Of a DNA stretch of 64,000 nucleotides, positions 28,018-38,378 are shown piece after piece; position 1 is the stretch's first letter, and each line of letters opens with the position of its first letter. The position numbers were made by a program, and so were the translations under genes. Below the pieces are notes generated by a model, which was not told the DNA's origin, made no database searches, and was given only the letters and a program-made list of their open reading frames with translations. Source of the stretch: Candidatus Wirthbacteria bacterium (GTDB lineage: Bacteria; Patescibacteriota; CG2-30-54-11); assembly GCA_903889905.1 (NCBI GenBank), contig CAISZI010000048.1, positions 70,668 through 134,667 on the forward strand, given 5' to 3'.

Positions 28018-29703
28018 TTACCAGCTGCCGCCGCCACCACCCCCACCGCCACCACCACTGAAACCTCCGCCAAAACCCGATGAACTGCCGGTTGTTGAAC
28101 GAACTGGGGTTGCGGCTGATCGGATGGAGTTAAAGGAATTGTTTAACGCTGAGGCAAACAGCAGGCTGTTAAACATGCGATTGTCGTAAGTTTGATACCA
28201 GTTGGGCTGCGTCAGGGCAATATCTTTGAACCGTTCAGACCAGATCTTTTCCACACCAAAGGCCACCGCATATGGGAGCAATTTTTCAAACATCATCTGT
28301 TTGTCGGCCTGGAACTCCAACTGACGTTCCTGGCTGGTCAAAAAGTGCTTCAGCCCCTTGGCCACGGCCACGGCTTCCACACCAGTCTGGGTCTTGCGCG
28401 CCAGGTTGCGGCCAAAGATGAACGATGCTAAAGCAAGTGGAATGTCGGCAGTCACCAGAGCCAGCACGCCAAGAGCACCAAAGCAGAGCTGGTACGTCTG
28501 TGGATTGCCGACAAAGTATTGCTCATCCAGCAACGCTTTCATGATCTGCTTCTTCACATTGGTTACGGTCGTGACCAGTTCTGCATTTTTGAGATGACGT
28601 TCGGCACCTGTGCTGAAAATGCCATCAAGTAACGTTTTTTCAAACGGCTGGATACTGACATCCCCTTCCCAATCTTTGACTTTGACGAGGTAAAAGTCAT
28701 GTTTCTTGCGTTCTTCGATACGCATCAAACCACGCTGCGCCAGACTGACAATGGTGGCTGAAATTTCCTGCAACCCAGAATTTTCATTGATCAAAGTACT
28801 GGTTTCCGCGGGTGTCAGTGGTCGTCCGGTTTTGGTTTTGGGCGGGTCAAACCAGGCAGTCACGGCGGTGGGTTCTTTGGGGTCACGACCGGATTTGAAC
28901 CATTTCCACACGATCACCACAGGCAGGATCAAATACCATACCAAAACACCGATCAGGATCAAAACCAGCACCACTTTGCCCACGGCTGTGTCAAAAAAAC
29001 TGATGACTTTTTCGGGTTCCAGAACAGCCACTTTGTTGATGGGGAAACCAACAACCACCGTCATGCCTTCAAAAGATTGCAATACGCGTGACGCCGTTGC
29101 GGAGATCGTGTTATCACTCGCGGTGATCATGCAATCCGACCCGTTGCTGCCCTCGACGCCAGTATAACATTGTAAACGAGTCTCACTGCCGGTAACGCCA
29201 GCGGGCAACGAAATTTGTGCTGAAACATCGGTAAAAGGCGCTTTCCAATGCGTGCCCAGAATATTCCAATATAATTCATCATGGTCCGAAAAATACCTTA
29301 GAGCACCACTGACGCGATAACGGATCAGATATTTTTGGACGCCTGTCACCAGCTGATTGGCGTCACCAATGATCAGACTGAACGTCTCGGGGGTGGTCTG
29401 ATCGGAATAAGCATAGTTCGAACCTCTCTCGTCCTGAACCGACAGCAGATCAATGCGCATGCGGTACTGCGCCCCGTCGCTGTTGGTGATGATACGGGGA
29501 ATGTCACGGTAAATACCATGCTTGTCGGGCGTATTGTTAAAATTATAGACAATGGTTTCGGTAACGTTGATTGTGCCATCCTGATTGATGACTATCGCTG
29601 ACTGATAGGAGTCGACATTTTCCGCTGCATAGCCCGGTTTTGATCCGAGCAGCAACGCGACAAGCACAACCGAACCTGCCAGCACAGCAAGCAATTTGCG
29701 CAC
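28018..29703 (-). CDS. DUF2207 membrane protein
   Basis: INQDGTINVTETI, HGIYRDIP, DELYWN, FEKLLPYAVAFGV, Gly-rich GGGGGGSW end. Confidence 0.92.
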   Translation of the reverse strand: MRKLLAVLAGSVVLVALLLGSKPGYAAENVDSYQSAIVINQDGTINVTETIVYNFNNTPDKHGIYRDIPRIITNSDGAQYRMRIDLLSVQDERGSNYAYSDQTTPETFSLIIGDANQLVTGVQKYLIRYRVSGALRYFSDHDELYWNILGTHWKAPFTDVSAQISLPAGVTGSETRLQCYTGVEGSNGSDCMITASDNTISATASRVLQSFEGMTVVVGFPINKVAVLEPEKVISFFDTAVGKVVLVLILIGVLVWYLILPVVIVWKWFKSGRDPKEPTAVTAWFDPPKTKTGRPLTPAETSTLINENSGLQEISATIVSLAQRGLMRIEERKKHDFYLVKVKDWEGDVSIQPFEKTLLDGIFSTGAERHLKNAELVTTVTNVKKQIMKALLDEQYFVGNPQTYQLCFGALGVLALVTADIPLALASFIFGRNLARKTQTGVEAVAVAKGLKHFLTSQERQLEFQADKQMMFEKLLPYAVAFGVEKIWSERFKDIALTQPNWYQTYDNRMFNSLLFASALNNSFNSIRSAATPVRSTTGSSSGFGGGFSGGGGGGGGGGSW

Positions 29704-29844
29704 GCGAGCCTCACCATAAAGTCTGAACTAGATAAAACTATACTGTAATTTAAAGGCCCAAGTAAAGTAGCCTGAGGAAGTATGACTTGCTCAATTTGCT
29801 TTACCTTTCTATAATCCCATTGTCCACTTTCATAAGGATGCCAG

Positions 29845-30369
29845 ATGCTAACGTTAAAACAACGTCCGCTCCTGATCACTTCGATCATCTTGCTCAGCGG
29901 TTTGATTCTCGCGCTGGGCGGCTGTGGCAACAAAAAAACCACGCCCGCCGCGACTGAACTTGCGCCCACCAAAACAGCTTGCACTTTGCTGCCACAAAGC
30001 GATGCCGAAACTGTGCTCAAAACCACCGTGACGGCCGCCAATGCCCCAGGCAGTTCCAACTTGACTTGTACCTACACCTCCACAGACGGCAAACAAGTTG
30101 TCAGTTTGCTGGAACGAGTTTCCGCTACTTCAGGTGTGGCGGGACTGGCGTACAACCAATCGCTTGGCAATGCCAAGACCGTCGCCGGTGTTGAACCCAC
30201 CATCTTGTATGACATTGGCGATCGGGCTTACTTTGCGGGCGGGCTGCTCAGCCAGCTGCACATCCTCCAAGGCAGTACCTGGCTGATCATTACGACCAAC
30301 ACGGGAACGGATGACAAAAATCTGGCGGCTGCCAAACAACTGGCCGGACTGATTCTGGCCAAATTGTAA
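29845..30369 (+). CDS. Putative lipoprotein (DUF3558-like)
   Basis: Lipobox LGGC; ACTLL...CTY...IGDRAY pattern. Confidence 0.7.
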   Translation: MLTLKQRPLLITSIILLSGLILALGGCGNKKTTPAATELAPTKTACTLLPQSDAETVLKTTVTAANAPGSSNLTCTYTSTDGKQVVSLLERVSATSGVAGLAYNQSLGNAKTVAGVEPTILYDIGDRAYFAGGLLSQLHILQGSTWLIITTNTGTDDKNLAAAKQLAGLILAKL

Positions 30370-30394
30370 ACGACCCCGTTTCTGACTTGAAACT

Positions 30395-30619
30395 TTACGG
30401 TTCAACCCATTCAAACCGTTGCACTTGTTTGCCCTCAAGCATCACCGAGGACACAAACATGTCAATTGGACGAATCCAATATCGATTTGAGGCCGTGCCT
30501 GACAAAGCTTCGTAAACAACATAATCGGCCATTGTCTCACTGTGTTTCGCCACTGCAAGCACGCGATAATGCCCCCCTTTGTAGTGACGATAAACACCCA
30601 AAACCAATTCTGTTGGCAT
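30395..30619 (-). CDS. DUF1653 domain protein
   Basis: GVYRHYKGGHYRV..VAKHSET...VVYEAL...WIRPIDMF...RF. Confidence 0.92.
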   Translation of the reverse strand: MPTELVLGVYRHYKGGHYRVLAVAKHSETMADYVVYEALSGTASNRYWIRPIDMFVSSVMLEGKQVQRFEWVEP

Positions 30620-30652
30620 GATTGGGCCTTTTTGGTAGATGAAATTGGGCTG

Positions 30653-31582
30653 TTAAAAAGCGATGGAGACAGCATCCAACAGCTGATGACTTTGATCCCA
30701 GACCTGCAACTTTATCGCTGCTGCAGTCAGCGTCGCTTCGACCCAGTGATAACTTTTGGCTTTGGTCACCAACCCGCTTATATCACCCAGATTATACAAT
30801 GCGGCTCCGCCACCAGCTGTCACAACATAAGTAATCCCCTGTTGCACAATGCGCTGATAGGCGTGGTCGTGGCCTGATAAAACCAACTTAATGCTGAGAC
30901 GCTGCAGTTCTGCTGGCAACAATTGAGCCGCTTCCTTTACAATGCTGTCAGTTTGGTGAGGTCCGGCGGTCAAGACTGGCTCATGCGTGCAGACAATCGT
31001 GCGGTCGGTCGCGTGTGCTTGCAAATAAGCAACCGCCTTGGCAACACCACTTTCCAAATCCAGAAAAAGGAAGCGGATCCCGTCAATATCTTCAAAATGA
31101 TTCCCGACCTGATCTGGAAAGTACTGAGCAAACTGGTTGATGGGCAGTTCGTGATTACCCGACACGATCCAGAACGGTGCAGTCTGCCGCAGCGTCGCCG
31201 TAATTTTCCAAAAAGTTGTCCAGGCTTTAACATCACTGCCGGTGTCCGCCACGTCGCCCAGATGAATGGTTGCAGCTGGATGAACAGCGACCATTTGTGC
31301 CACCAGCTCCCGATGGATGGCATCGCCATCGCGAGAATCGCCATAAATGGCGACAACAACCGGACTGACGCTGTCGGGTTTGATCGTCCCTGACAACGCT
31401 GCAGCGTTGGTAGTGATGGCAGGTTGAAGCAGTGGCGCGGAAAGTGCTTGGGCAAACTGATCAACAATCTGCTGATTGTGGCTGGGCGTGGAACTTCCCG
31501 GCGATTGTTTGCTGACCAGATAAAGAGAGCCAACGGTAAGTAAAATGATAGCTGCGGGAATCAATCGTCGGTACCAGGGCAT
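30653..31582 (-). CDS. Membrane-anchored calcineurin-like metallophosphoesterase
   Basis: YGDSR, HLGDV, GNHE, THEP, SGHDHAYQR motifs; N-terminal TM. Confidence 0.88.
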   Translation of the reverse strand: MPWYRRLIPAAIILLTVGSLYLVSKQSPGSSTPSHNQQIVDQFAQALSAPLLQPAITTNAAALSGTIKPDSVSPVVVAIYGDSRDGDAIHRELVAQMVAVHPAATIHLGDVADTGSDVKAWTTFWKITATLRQTAPFWIVSGNHELPINQFAQYFPDQVGNHFEDIDGIRFLFLDLESGVAKAVAYLQAHATDRTIVCTHEPVLTAGPHQTDSIVKEAAQLLPAELQRLSIKLVLSGHDHAYQRIVQQGITYVVTAGGGAALYNLGDISGLVTKAKSYHWVEATLTAAAIKLQVWDQSHQLLDAVSIAF

Positions 31583-31826
31583 GGGAACTCCACAATCAAA
31601 ACAAAACTTTATCCAAAGGTGACAACACAAAATTTGACGTGTTGCCGCCATAATATACCAGAATGATTGCTAAAACACGTTTGCAACTGACTACCAAATA
31701 CCCAATGCAACCATTTTCATCGGTGAATGAGGTTCGTGCGGAAAAACAGATTTTGAAGAATAGGTCAGCCGACAAAAACGACCCCAACCGCATTCAGGTC
31801 AAAGATGTACAGGCCTTTTTCAAACC

Positions 31827-32585
31827 CTAGCCCAAACGAACCCCGCGCATAGATAAACTCCCCATGGTCACTTTTTCGCAAAAATACTGAACGGTATCGT
31901 CGTCACGTTGCAAGGCAAGCAGATACAGGAGCGGCAAAAAATGCTCTGGCGTTGGTATGGCAGCATGCGCATTCTGCAACAGCTCGAAATGAATCAAAGC
32001 CGCATGATCATGCTCCAGAATGAATTTTTTCACAGTCTGATCAAACTGCGCTGCCCATTCAAAAGCCGTGTCTTGCCAGGCAATCAGACTCAGGTTGTGG
32101 ACAAGATTGCCACTGCACAAAACGAGTATTCCCTGTTCCCTGAGTGGAGCAAGTTTCGCAGCCAGTTCATAATGCTGCTCGCCAGTCAGGTTGCGGTCAA
32201 GACTGAGCTCAACAACGGGAATGCTGGCATCGGGAAAAAGTCTTGATAATACCGACCAAGCGCCATGATCCAGTCCCCAATCATAATCGAGCCGGGCAAA
32301 AGGCAATTGTTTTTGCATCATTTCAGACAAAATTTTGGAGCCCGGCGCCGCATACACTGCCTGATAGAGCGTGTCGGGAAAGCCATAAAAGTCATAGATC
32401 GTGCGTGGAGAATCCATCGCAGTAATGGCTGTACCCGAAGTTTCCCAGTGCGCCGAGACACAAACGATGGCCTTGGGTCTGGGCAGAGACTGACCGATCT
32501 GTTTCCAGGTTAGTGAAAATTCGTTGTCTTTGATCGCGTTCATCGGATTGCCGTGACCGACAAAAAGGACTGGCATGCGAGTCAT
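31827..32585 (-). CDS. ygiD: 4,5-DOPA extradiol dioxygenase (YgiD/LigB family)
   Basis: LFVGHGNPM, SAHW, TIYDFYGFP, WGLDHGAW, SGNLVHNL, PTPEHFLPL. Confidence 0.9.
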   Translation of the reverse strand: MTRMPVLFVGHGNPMNAIKDNEFSLTWKQIGQSLPRPKAIVCVSAHWETSGTAITAMDSPRTIYDFYGFPDTLYQAVYAAPGSKILSEMMQKQLPFARLDYDWGLDHGAWSVLSRLFPDASIPVVELSLDRNLTGEQHYELAAKLAPLREQGILVLCSGNLVHNLSLIAWQDTAFEWAAQFDQTVKKFILEHDHAALIHFELLQNAHAAIPTPEHFLPLLYLLALQRDDDTVQYFCEKVTMGSLSMRGVRLG

Positions 32586-32595
32586 AAGCTGCGTC

Positions 32596-33066
32596 TCAAT
32601 AATCAACAGGATCAACCATTGCTTGATCCAGCACCTCAATCTTTATTTTCCCTGGCAATAAGCTGGTTATTACTTGCAAAAGGTCATCAAAACCCAAACT
32701 TTGCAAATCGAAAACCGTTTTGGCTAGTTCAACAATTGCCAACTGTCTCTCTCTAGACTCAAGCCACAGAGCAGCCCGGTCCAGACTGGCACCAACTCGC
32801 CGCAGCACATTCTGATGAGAATCCTTGGTTTGGTTCAAACCGTCGGTTCTCGTCTCGTAGTCAAATAATTTAGCCATCTCCGTGCGCACGTTTTCCACCG
32901 GGACTCCAGCGCGCAGACTCTCGACAATCGCACTACGATGCTGTTCATACTCGTGATCACCACCGAAGCCAAACTCGACCGCAGATTGTCGCCACGCGGT
33001 GATCAAAACAACCGTGTCGCTTTCCTCCGCTGGATGAAGAGTTTCTGCTTTGGGCAAATTGTCCAT
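32596..33066 (-). CDS. Hypothetical protein
   Basis: 156-aa ORF filling the gap in a co-directional operon. Confidence 0.55.
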   Translation of the reverse strand: MDNLPKAETLHPAEESDTVVLITAWRQSAVEFGFGGDHEYEQHRSAIVESLRAGVPVENVRTEMAKLFDYETRTDGLNQTKDSHQNVLRRVGASLDRAALWLESRERQLAIVELAKTVFDLQSLGFDDLLQVITSLLPGKIKIEVLDQAMVDPVDY

Positions 33067-33087
33067 GCTTCAACTTGCCATAAGAAA

Positions 33088-34356
33088 TTATTCGTACCGA
33101 AGCGCGTCGATCGGATCCAGGCGGCTGGCTTTGAGTGATGGCAACGCGCCAGCGACAAAAGCAATGCCCATAATCAGCAACATGATTTCGACAGAAGGCA
33201 ACAAGGGAAAAGTCAGCAGCTTAAACCCGACAAAATCTTTCAAAAAAGCACTGGAGGCATAGTTGCTAAAAGCGGTACCAATTCCCATGCTGACCAGGAC
33301 ACCCAGCAAAGCTCCCCAGAACCCAATTCCAACCGCCTCAAGCGCAAAAATGGCAAAAATGTTACGGCGATGGGCGCCCAGCGCTTTCATCAGGCCGATT
33401 TCACGGGTGCGTTCATTGACCGCCATCAGCAGTGTATTGACGATACCGAAACTGGCCGCAAGCAATGCAATCGCGCCAAACAGATTGAGGGCAATCAGGA
33501 TTGAATTGATGATGCTGTTCACCGTACCCAGCTGATCTTCGATCGTCTGCGCTTTGTAACCGGCAGCATCAAACTGCTTTTTGAGCGCAGTCACTTGCTT
33601 GGTGCTAAAACTGGGATCATAGGTCACGGTAAAGGCCAGGTATTTATCTTTCATTTGAGGTTGCGCACCGCCCTGCTGGGCATTGATCGTCGCTGCCAAG
33701 GTACGGCTGATGCTGACGCCACCCGCACTCAGCAAAGATTTTTGTTGCACACCCACAACTGTGGCCTCTGTTTCCACAATTTTACCCAAGGCGTTGGTGA
33801 ACCCAAGGGTAACTTTTTTGCCCACGGCTTCCCCTGCTGACGCAAATCCCAGCGGCGTCACATACGCAACCGGCAATAGAATGCCATCTTTGCTGCCTGA
33901 CCCGAGTAGTTGACCGGCGGCCAACTCCAGGTTGAGTCCATCCACATATTGATTGGCCGTCATTTCGAATTTCTTGTCGCCAGCCGTGATGTATGCTACC
34001 TGCACGACGAGCTGCGGGGTAACGTCTTTGACTCCGGTAAATGTCTTCATCTTGGTACTGTCCGTCGACGACATCAATATGATGTTAAATTGCCCCACTT
34101 GTTTGTCAGGATTGTATTCTTTGATATCACCGGTAAAAGCTGCGCCGCGATCCTGTTTGGCTTGGACGATCAAGGTATCTTTGATACCAACGTTGCCCAG
34201 CTGTTTGTTGACATAAGACTTGACGCCGTTCCCCACACCATTGGTGAGCGAAATGGTGAGTGCCCCGATAAAAACCGCAATCACTGTAAGTGATGAGCGC
34301 AGCTTGGCATGCAGCATGTTGGTTTGAGCAGTTTGAAGAATATCCATAGCACGCAT
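33088..34356 (-). CDS. MacB/FtsX family ABC transporter permease
   Basis: KLRSSLT, GIVNTLLMAVNERTREIGLMKALGA, ASRLDPIDALRYE. Confidence 0.93.
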   Translation of the reverse strand: MRAMDILQTAQTNMLHAKLRSSLTVIAVFIGALTISLTNGVGNGVKSYVNKQLGNVGIKDTLIVQAKQDRGAAFTGDIKEYNPDKQVGQFNIILMSSTDSTKMKTFTGVKDVTPQLVVQVAYITAGDKKFEMTANQYVDGLNLELAAGQLLGSGSKDGILLPVAYVTPLGFASAGEAVGKKVTLGFTNALGKIVETEATVVGVQQKSLLSAGGVSISRTLAATINAQQGGAQPQMKDKYLAFTVTYDPSFSTKQVTALKKQFDAAGYKAQTIEDQLGTVNSIINSILIALNLFGAIALLAASFGIVNTLLMAVNERTREIGLMKALGAHRRNIFAIFALEAVGIGFWGALLGVLVSMGIGTAFSNYASSAFLKDFVGFKLLTFPLLPSVEIMLLIMGIAFVAGALPSLKASRLDPIDALRYE

Positions 34357-35039
34357 TATTGGTTCCCTCCTACAATTTGACCATCTTTAATTTTGATACT
34401 GCGGTTGCACATGGCCGACAAATCATGGTCATGTGTCACCATAATCAGCGTGATGCCCTGTTCTTTTTGCAGTTTAAAAAGCAGACCGATTACCAGCTGG
34501 CCATTTTCACTGTCCAGGTTACCCGTCGGTTCGTCAGCAAAAATCACGGAGGGATTGGCAATCAAGGCTCGTGCGATGCAAAGCCGCTGCTTCTGCCCGC
34601 CGGACAGGTCGTTGGCACGATTTTTGATCCGATCGGTAAGTCCAACCGTTTCCAGTATTTCCAACCCCAGTTTTTTGCGTTTGTCCGCTGCGACACCACG
34701 GATCACCAGTGGCATGATGACATTATCCAGGCAATTATCACGCGGGTTAACAAAAAACTGCTGGAAAACGAAACCAAATTTTTCGTTACGCAAACGATCC
34801 AGGTCATCTTGACCCAGTTTGGAGGTGGGTTTGCCGTCAAGCAATAGTTCGCCCGACGTGGGCCGGTCCAGTGTGGCCAGGATGTGCATGAGGGTTGATT
34901 TGCCGCTGCCGGACTTGCCAATGATGGCCAGACTTTCGCCTTTTTGTACCTGCAGACTGACTTGTTTAAGCGCTGCCAGTTCTTCACCGCCCGCAAAATA
35001 AATCTTGCTGACTTCCTTTAGTTCCAGGATATTTTCCAT
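34356..35039 (-). CDS. ABC transporter ATP-binding protein (LolD/MacB-like)
   Basis: GKSGSGKST, LSGGQKQR, ADEPTGNLD, VTHD. Confidence 0.95.
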   Translation of the reverse strand: MENILELKEVSKIYFAGGEELAALKQVSLQVQKGESLAIIGKSGSGKSTLMHILATLDRPTSGELLLDGKPTSKLGQDDLDRLRNEKFGFVFQQFFVNPRDNCLDNVIMPLVIRGVAADKRKKLGLEILETVGLTDRIKNRANDLSGGQKQRLCIARALIANPSVIFADEPTGNLDSENGQLVIGLLFKLQKEQGITLIMVTHDHDLSAMCNRSIKIKDGQIVGGNQ

Positions 35040-35142
35040 ATAGCAAAAACCTTTCCTACCAACGTATTGGTTTGTTGTTGGTTATTAAGCGATAACAATA
35101 TGGGCGACTATAAGCCGAAAGGGATAATTTGTCTAGATTGAC

Positions 35143-38100
35143 TCAAACATCGAGATCCAAAAAAGCACGATGTTTCAGCTCCGCACCAAGCCTGGCGAGA
35201 CTGTCGGCGCAGGCAATCCGGTCGCGGGTCACGAGCTGGAACAACTCATTCACCAGACTTTCTCGATGGGCAGCAATGGTTTGTAACGATGCTGGTTCAC
35301 GCAGAGACAGTCGCCACATAAGAGCTCTCAATGACGCCAGTCCTTTTGGCCAAAATTGCCGTGATTGCTTTGACGTGAACAAACTTCCGCTATCAGTCAA
35401 AACTGGAAAAGTCTGTCTCACTTTAGCCCATTTGATTTGCGCTTCAATGGTGGCGGTGCTGGCGGCGTCAACGGCAGATGGGGCAATCCGGAAAAATCTG
35501 ACAAGGTCGCGAACCAATTCGTCCTCGCGTTTTATCAGCACCCGTTCCCGCTGTCGTTCCTGCCGCAACCAAGCGTCGACCTCCCCGGCGGAACGAGAGG
35601 ACCATTCGGGATTAAGCAGACATTCGCGCAAATGCTCAAGTTTGCCATCCTGCGGCACCGTGATCAGCAAACTTTTGGCTGCACGGGTAAGGGCGACGTA
35701 GGTGACCCGGCGTTCTTCTTCGGTATCCGCAGCGCTTAGCGCATCAACACTGTCAGCAAGATTTAACAGCACCACATATTTGAATTCACGGCCTTTGGTG
35801 GCATGAATCGTACTCAAAGTGACTTCATCCTCGCTCTCCGCCGCTAAAGATGCTGCGGGTCCGGTGGCGACATGGGTAGAACGAATCAGTTCAAGCAAGG
35901 CCTCCGCCGTTGGCACCGCTTGCGCCACAGTGGCCATCACCTCCAGCACCATGACGTCGGATGCCGTGTCAATATCGTGTCGACTGCTGGCATTGTTTTG
36001 AAAAAACTGCTTTAACTCAAACACATCCACAAGCTGCCTGACAAGCTCACCGGCATGACTGATGCCAGCCTTGGACTCCGACACATTGACAAGTTGTTTG
36101 GCCAAAGTCGCCAGGCTGCGTTGCTTCCACTTTTCCAGTGATGGCCTCCCACACAGGGCCACAAAACTTTCCCGGTCAACTACCTCACGGATCAGTTCAC
36201 TGCCCAAATAACGGTTGGGCTGACGCAGCAGACGTTGCCAGTCATCTGCTGTGGCCAAATCCGGGTCGACCACCACCTGCAGATACGCCCCAAGTAGTTT
36301 GCCCGGCGCAGAACAAAACAGCCGTCGCAAATTCACCGGCGTATGCGCCACCTGCAATTGGTCAAAAATAACAGCCAGTGGAAACTGCAATTCATGGTAG
36401 CGAAACAGCACCGCAAAATCACGCCACCTGGACTGAGAATTCTGTTTTTGTTTCCGAATCCAGTCAGCGGCTGCTTTGGCCTGATCAAAAAGACTGGCGT
36501 GTTTGGACACATCAAAATCTCCAGGTTGCGCCTGTTTTTTGGGTTGAATATCTTTGGCCACGCGTCGTTGATTGTGTTCAATCAGCCAGCGTGAATGCCA
36601 GACCAGATTTTTGGAGGAACGATAGTTGGTCGAAAGTGTGAACTCACGACTACCGGGATAATTCACCGGGAAATCGAGGATATGCGCGATATTGGCCCCA
36701 CGCCAGCCATAAATCATCTGGTCGTCGTCACCCACAATAAACAGATTGTTCTGCGGCAGCCCCAAAACATGCATAAACAGCAGTTGCGACTTGTTCAAAT
36801 CCTGGAATTCATCCACCAGTACATACCGGAAACGCTGCTGGAGCTCCCGACGCAAGCTGGCATCATTGAGCAGTGCCTGCAAACTCAGGTAAATCATATC
36901 GTCAAAAGTGAGCACACGTCGCTCGCTTTGCAGTGCACAAAACCGTTCAAACAGTGGCTGCAGGAGATAAACCCCCTCTTCAAATTCGACAATGGCGCGA
37001 GCATCCAATGGGATTAGTTCGGTTTTGACTTGCTGGATACGGGTCAAAAGCAGATCGGCCGCCTCAGCCAGATGAACCGGCGCAACGTGACAAGCCTCCC
37101 GTACCACTTGCCTGGCGAGCTGCATTGGTTCATGCGTAGCCGTTTCTTCGTCATAAGTCCAGTGCAGATGGTCACGAATGATTTCGTACCCCAAAGCATG
37201 AAACGTACGGATCACCACGCCATCGGATTTGAGTGAGCCGGCAATGCGGACGCCTTTGGCCGCCAGTCGTTCACGCATTTCCCGGGCCGCTTTTTTGTTA
37301 AACGCCAGGGCCAGGATATGGTTGGCTGCAATGCCCTGATTTTGCAGATAAACGATGCGGTTGGTCAAGGTTTTGGTTTTGCCGGCGCCGGCGGGAGCGA
37401 GGACGCGGATCGGTCCATCCATGGGGGTAATTGCGGCTTTCTGGCTGCTGTCGAGCTCACGATCGAGCGGAATAAGGGGAATTTGTGCGGAGGGCAAATG
37501 CCGGCGCAAGATTCGGTCAACACACGAACGTACATTGGAGCGAATTTCCGATGCCCCAAAACGCAGCGTGACATAGCCACTGCGCCGGAATTCTTCTTCG
37601 CGCCATTGGTCACGATTGGAGGCATGTGCCTCCCGGTGATCGCACTCCACGACCACTGGCGATGGTTCCATGTCCAGCACAAAATCCGCACAAAACCGCC
37701 CCAGCTGCACCTGTCGCCGGTATGGAAGTTGGCGGGCGTCGAACTCGGTTTGCAGCTGTTGTTCCAGTGGCGTTTGCAACGGCGCCGTGGTGAGTGCTTT
37801 GTCAATAAAGTGCCAGTTTAAGTTGCTCCAGTAGAGTAATTGCCCGAATTGCTCCAGGGCAAGTTGTTCCAAAATAGTGCCTGTATCCTGATGCAATAAT
37901 GTTCCCAACGCTTTGCTTTCGTCATGCCAAGCAGAAACCGTCAAAGTGTCAAAAAAGGACACCGGAATATTTCTTTGCCGCGCCGGTATGATCACCTGGT
38001 TAACCAGTTTGGACGCCACCTTGGCCAGTTTATCCACGTCAAGGTCGCTCATCATCACCACGTGTTTACAGTGCTTCAGGTTAATGGCAACCCAGGGCTC

Positions 38101-38259
38101 GGCCAGGGCAACAAAGTGAACCGCCTTTTTACCCAAGATCGCTTGCAGTTTTTCGCCAAAAGCGCGTGCATCGACCGACGGGCAGTGGCTCAGATTGAGT
38201 CCAATGCCTTTGAACTGGAAGTGCTCGAGGCGATCAAGGTAAGGAGAAAAGTTGATCAT
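35143..38259 (-). CDS. UvrD/Rep SF1 helicase fused to an N-terminal DUF559/Vsr-like nuclease domain
   Basis: TPLEQQL...RRQVQLGRFCADF...VECD...H...RDQWRE...LRF; APAGAGKT, VDEFQD, VGDDDQMIYGWRGA, NYRS, TIHATKGREF, EERRVTYVALTRA. Confidence 0.88.
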   Translation of the reverse strand: MINFSPYLDRLEHFQFKGIGLNLSHCPSVDARAFGEKLQAILGKKAVHFVALAEPWVAINLKHCKHVVMMSDLDVDKLAKVASKLVNQVIIPARQRNIPVSFFDTLTVSAWHDESKALGTLLHQDTGTILEQLALEQFGQLLYWSNLNWHFIDKALTTAPLQTPLEQQLQTEFDARQLPYRRQVQLGRFCADFVLDMEPSPVVVECDHREAHASNRDQWREEEFRRSGYVTLRFGASEIRSNVRSCVDRILRRHLPSAQIPLIPLDRELDSSQKAAITPMDGPIRVLAPAGAGKTKTLTNRIVYLQNQGIAANHILALAFNKKAAREMRERLAAKGVRIAGSLKSDGVVIRTFHALGYEIIRDHLHWTYDEETATHEPMQLARQVVREACHVAPVHLAEAADLLLTRIQQVKTELIPLDARAIVEFEEGVYLLQPLFERFCALQSERRVLTFDDMIYLSLQALLNDASLRRELQQRFRYVLVDEFQDLNKSQLLFMHVLGLPQNNLFIVGDDDQMIYGWRGANIAHILDFPVNYPGSREFTLSTNYRSSKNLVWHSRWLIEHNQRRVAKDIQPKKQAQPGDFDVSKHASLFDQAKAAADWIRKQKQNSQSRWRDFAVLFRYHELQFPLAVIFDQLQVAHTPVNLRRLFCSAPGKLLGAYLQVVVDPDLATADDWQRLLRQPNRYLGSELIREVVDRESFVALCGRPSLEKWKQRSLATLAKQLVNVSESKAGISHAGELVRQLVDVFELKQFFQNNASSRHDIDTASDVMVLEVMATVAQAVPTAEALLELIRSTHVATGPAASLAAESEDEVTLSTIHATKGREFKYVVLLNLADSVDALSAADTEEERRVTYVALTRAAKSLLITVPQDGKLEHLRECLLNPEWSSRSAGEVDAWLRQERQRERVLIKREDELVRDLVRFFRIAPSAVDAASTATIEAQIKWAKVRQTFPVLTDSGSLFTSKQSRQFWPKGLASLRALMWRLSLREPASLQTIAAHRESLVNELFQLVTRDRIACADSLARLGAELKHRAFLDLDV

Positions 38260-38378
38260 CAAAAAGGCTCAAATAATTGCCCCCTTTGTCTTACCTAAAG
38301 TCGCGGTAAAAAAGCAATATTTGAGCCCGAATTGACCCTGCCTTGATCCTGTTTTGAGCAAAAAAGGGTCAGCGAGTT

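Noticed and set aside
28018-28080. CCG/CCA tandem-like repeat
   Set aside because: It encodes the normal Gly-rich tail of DUF2207 proteins.
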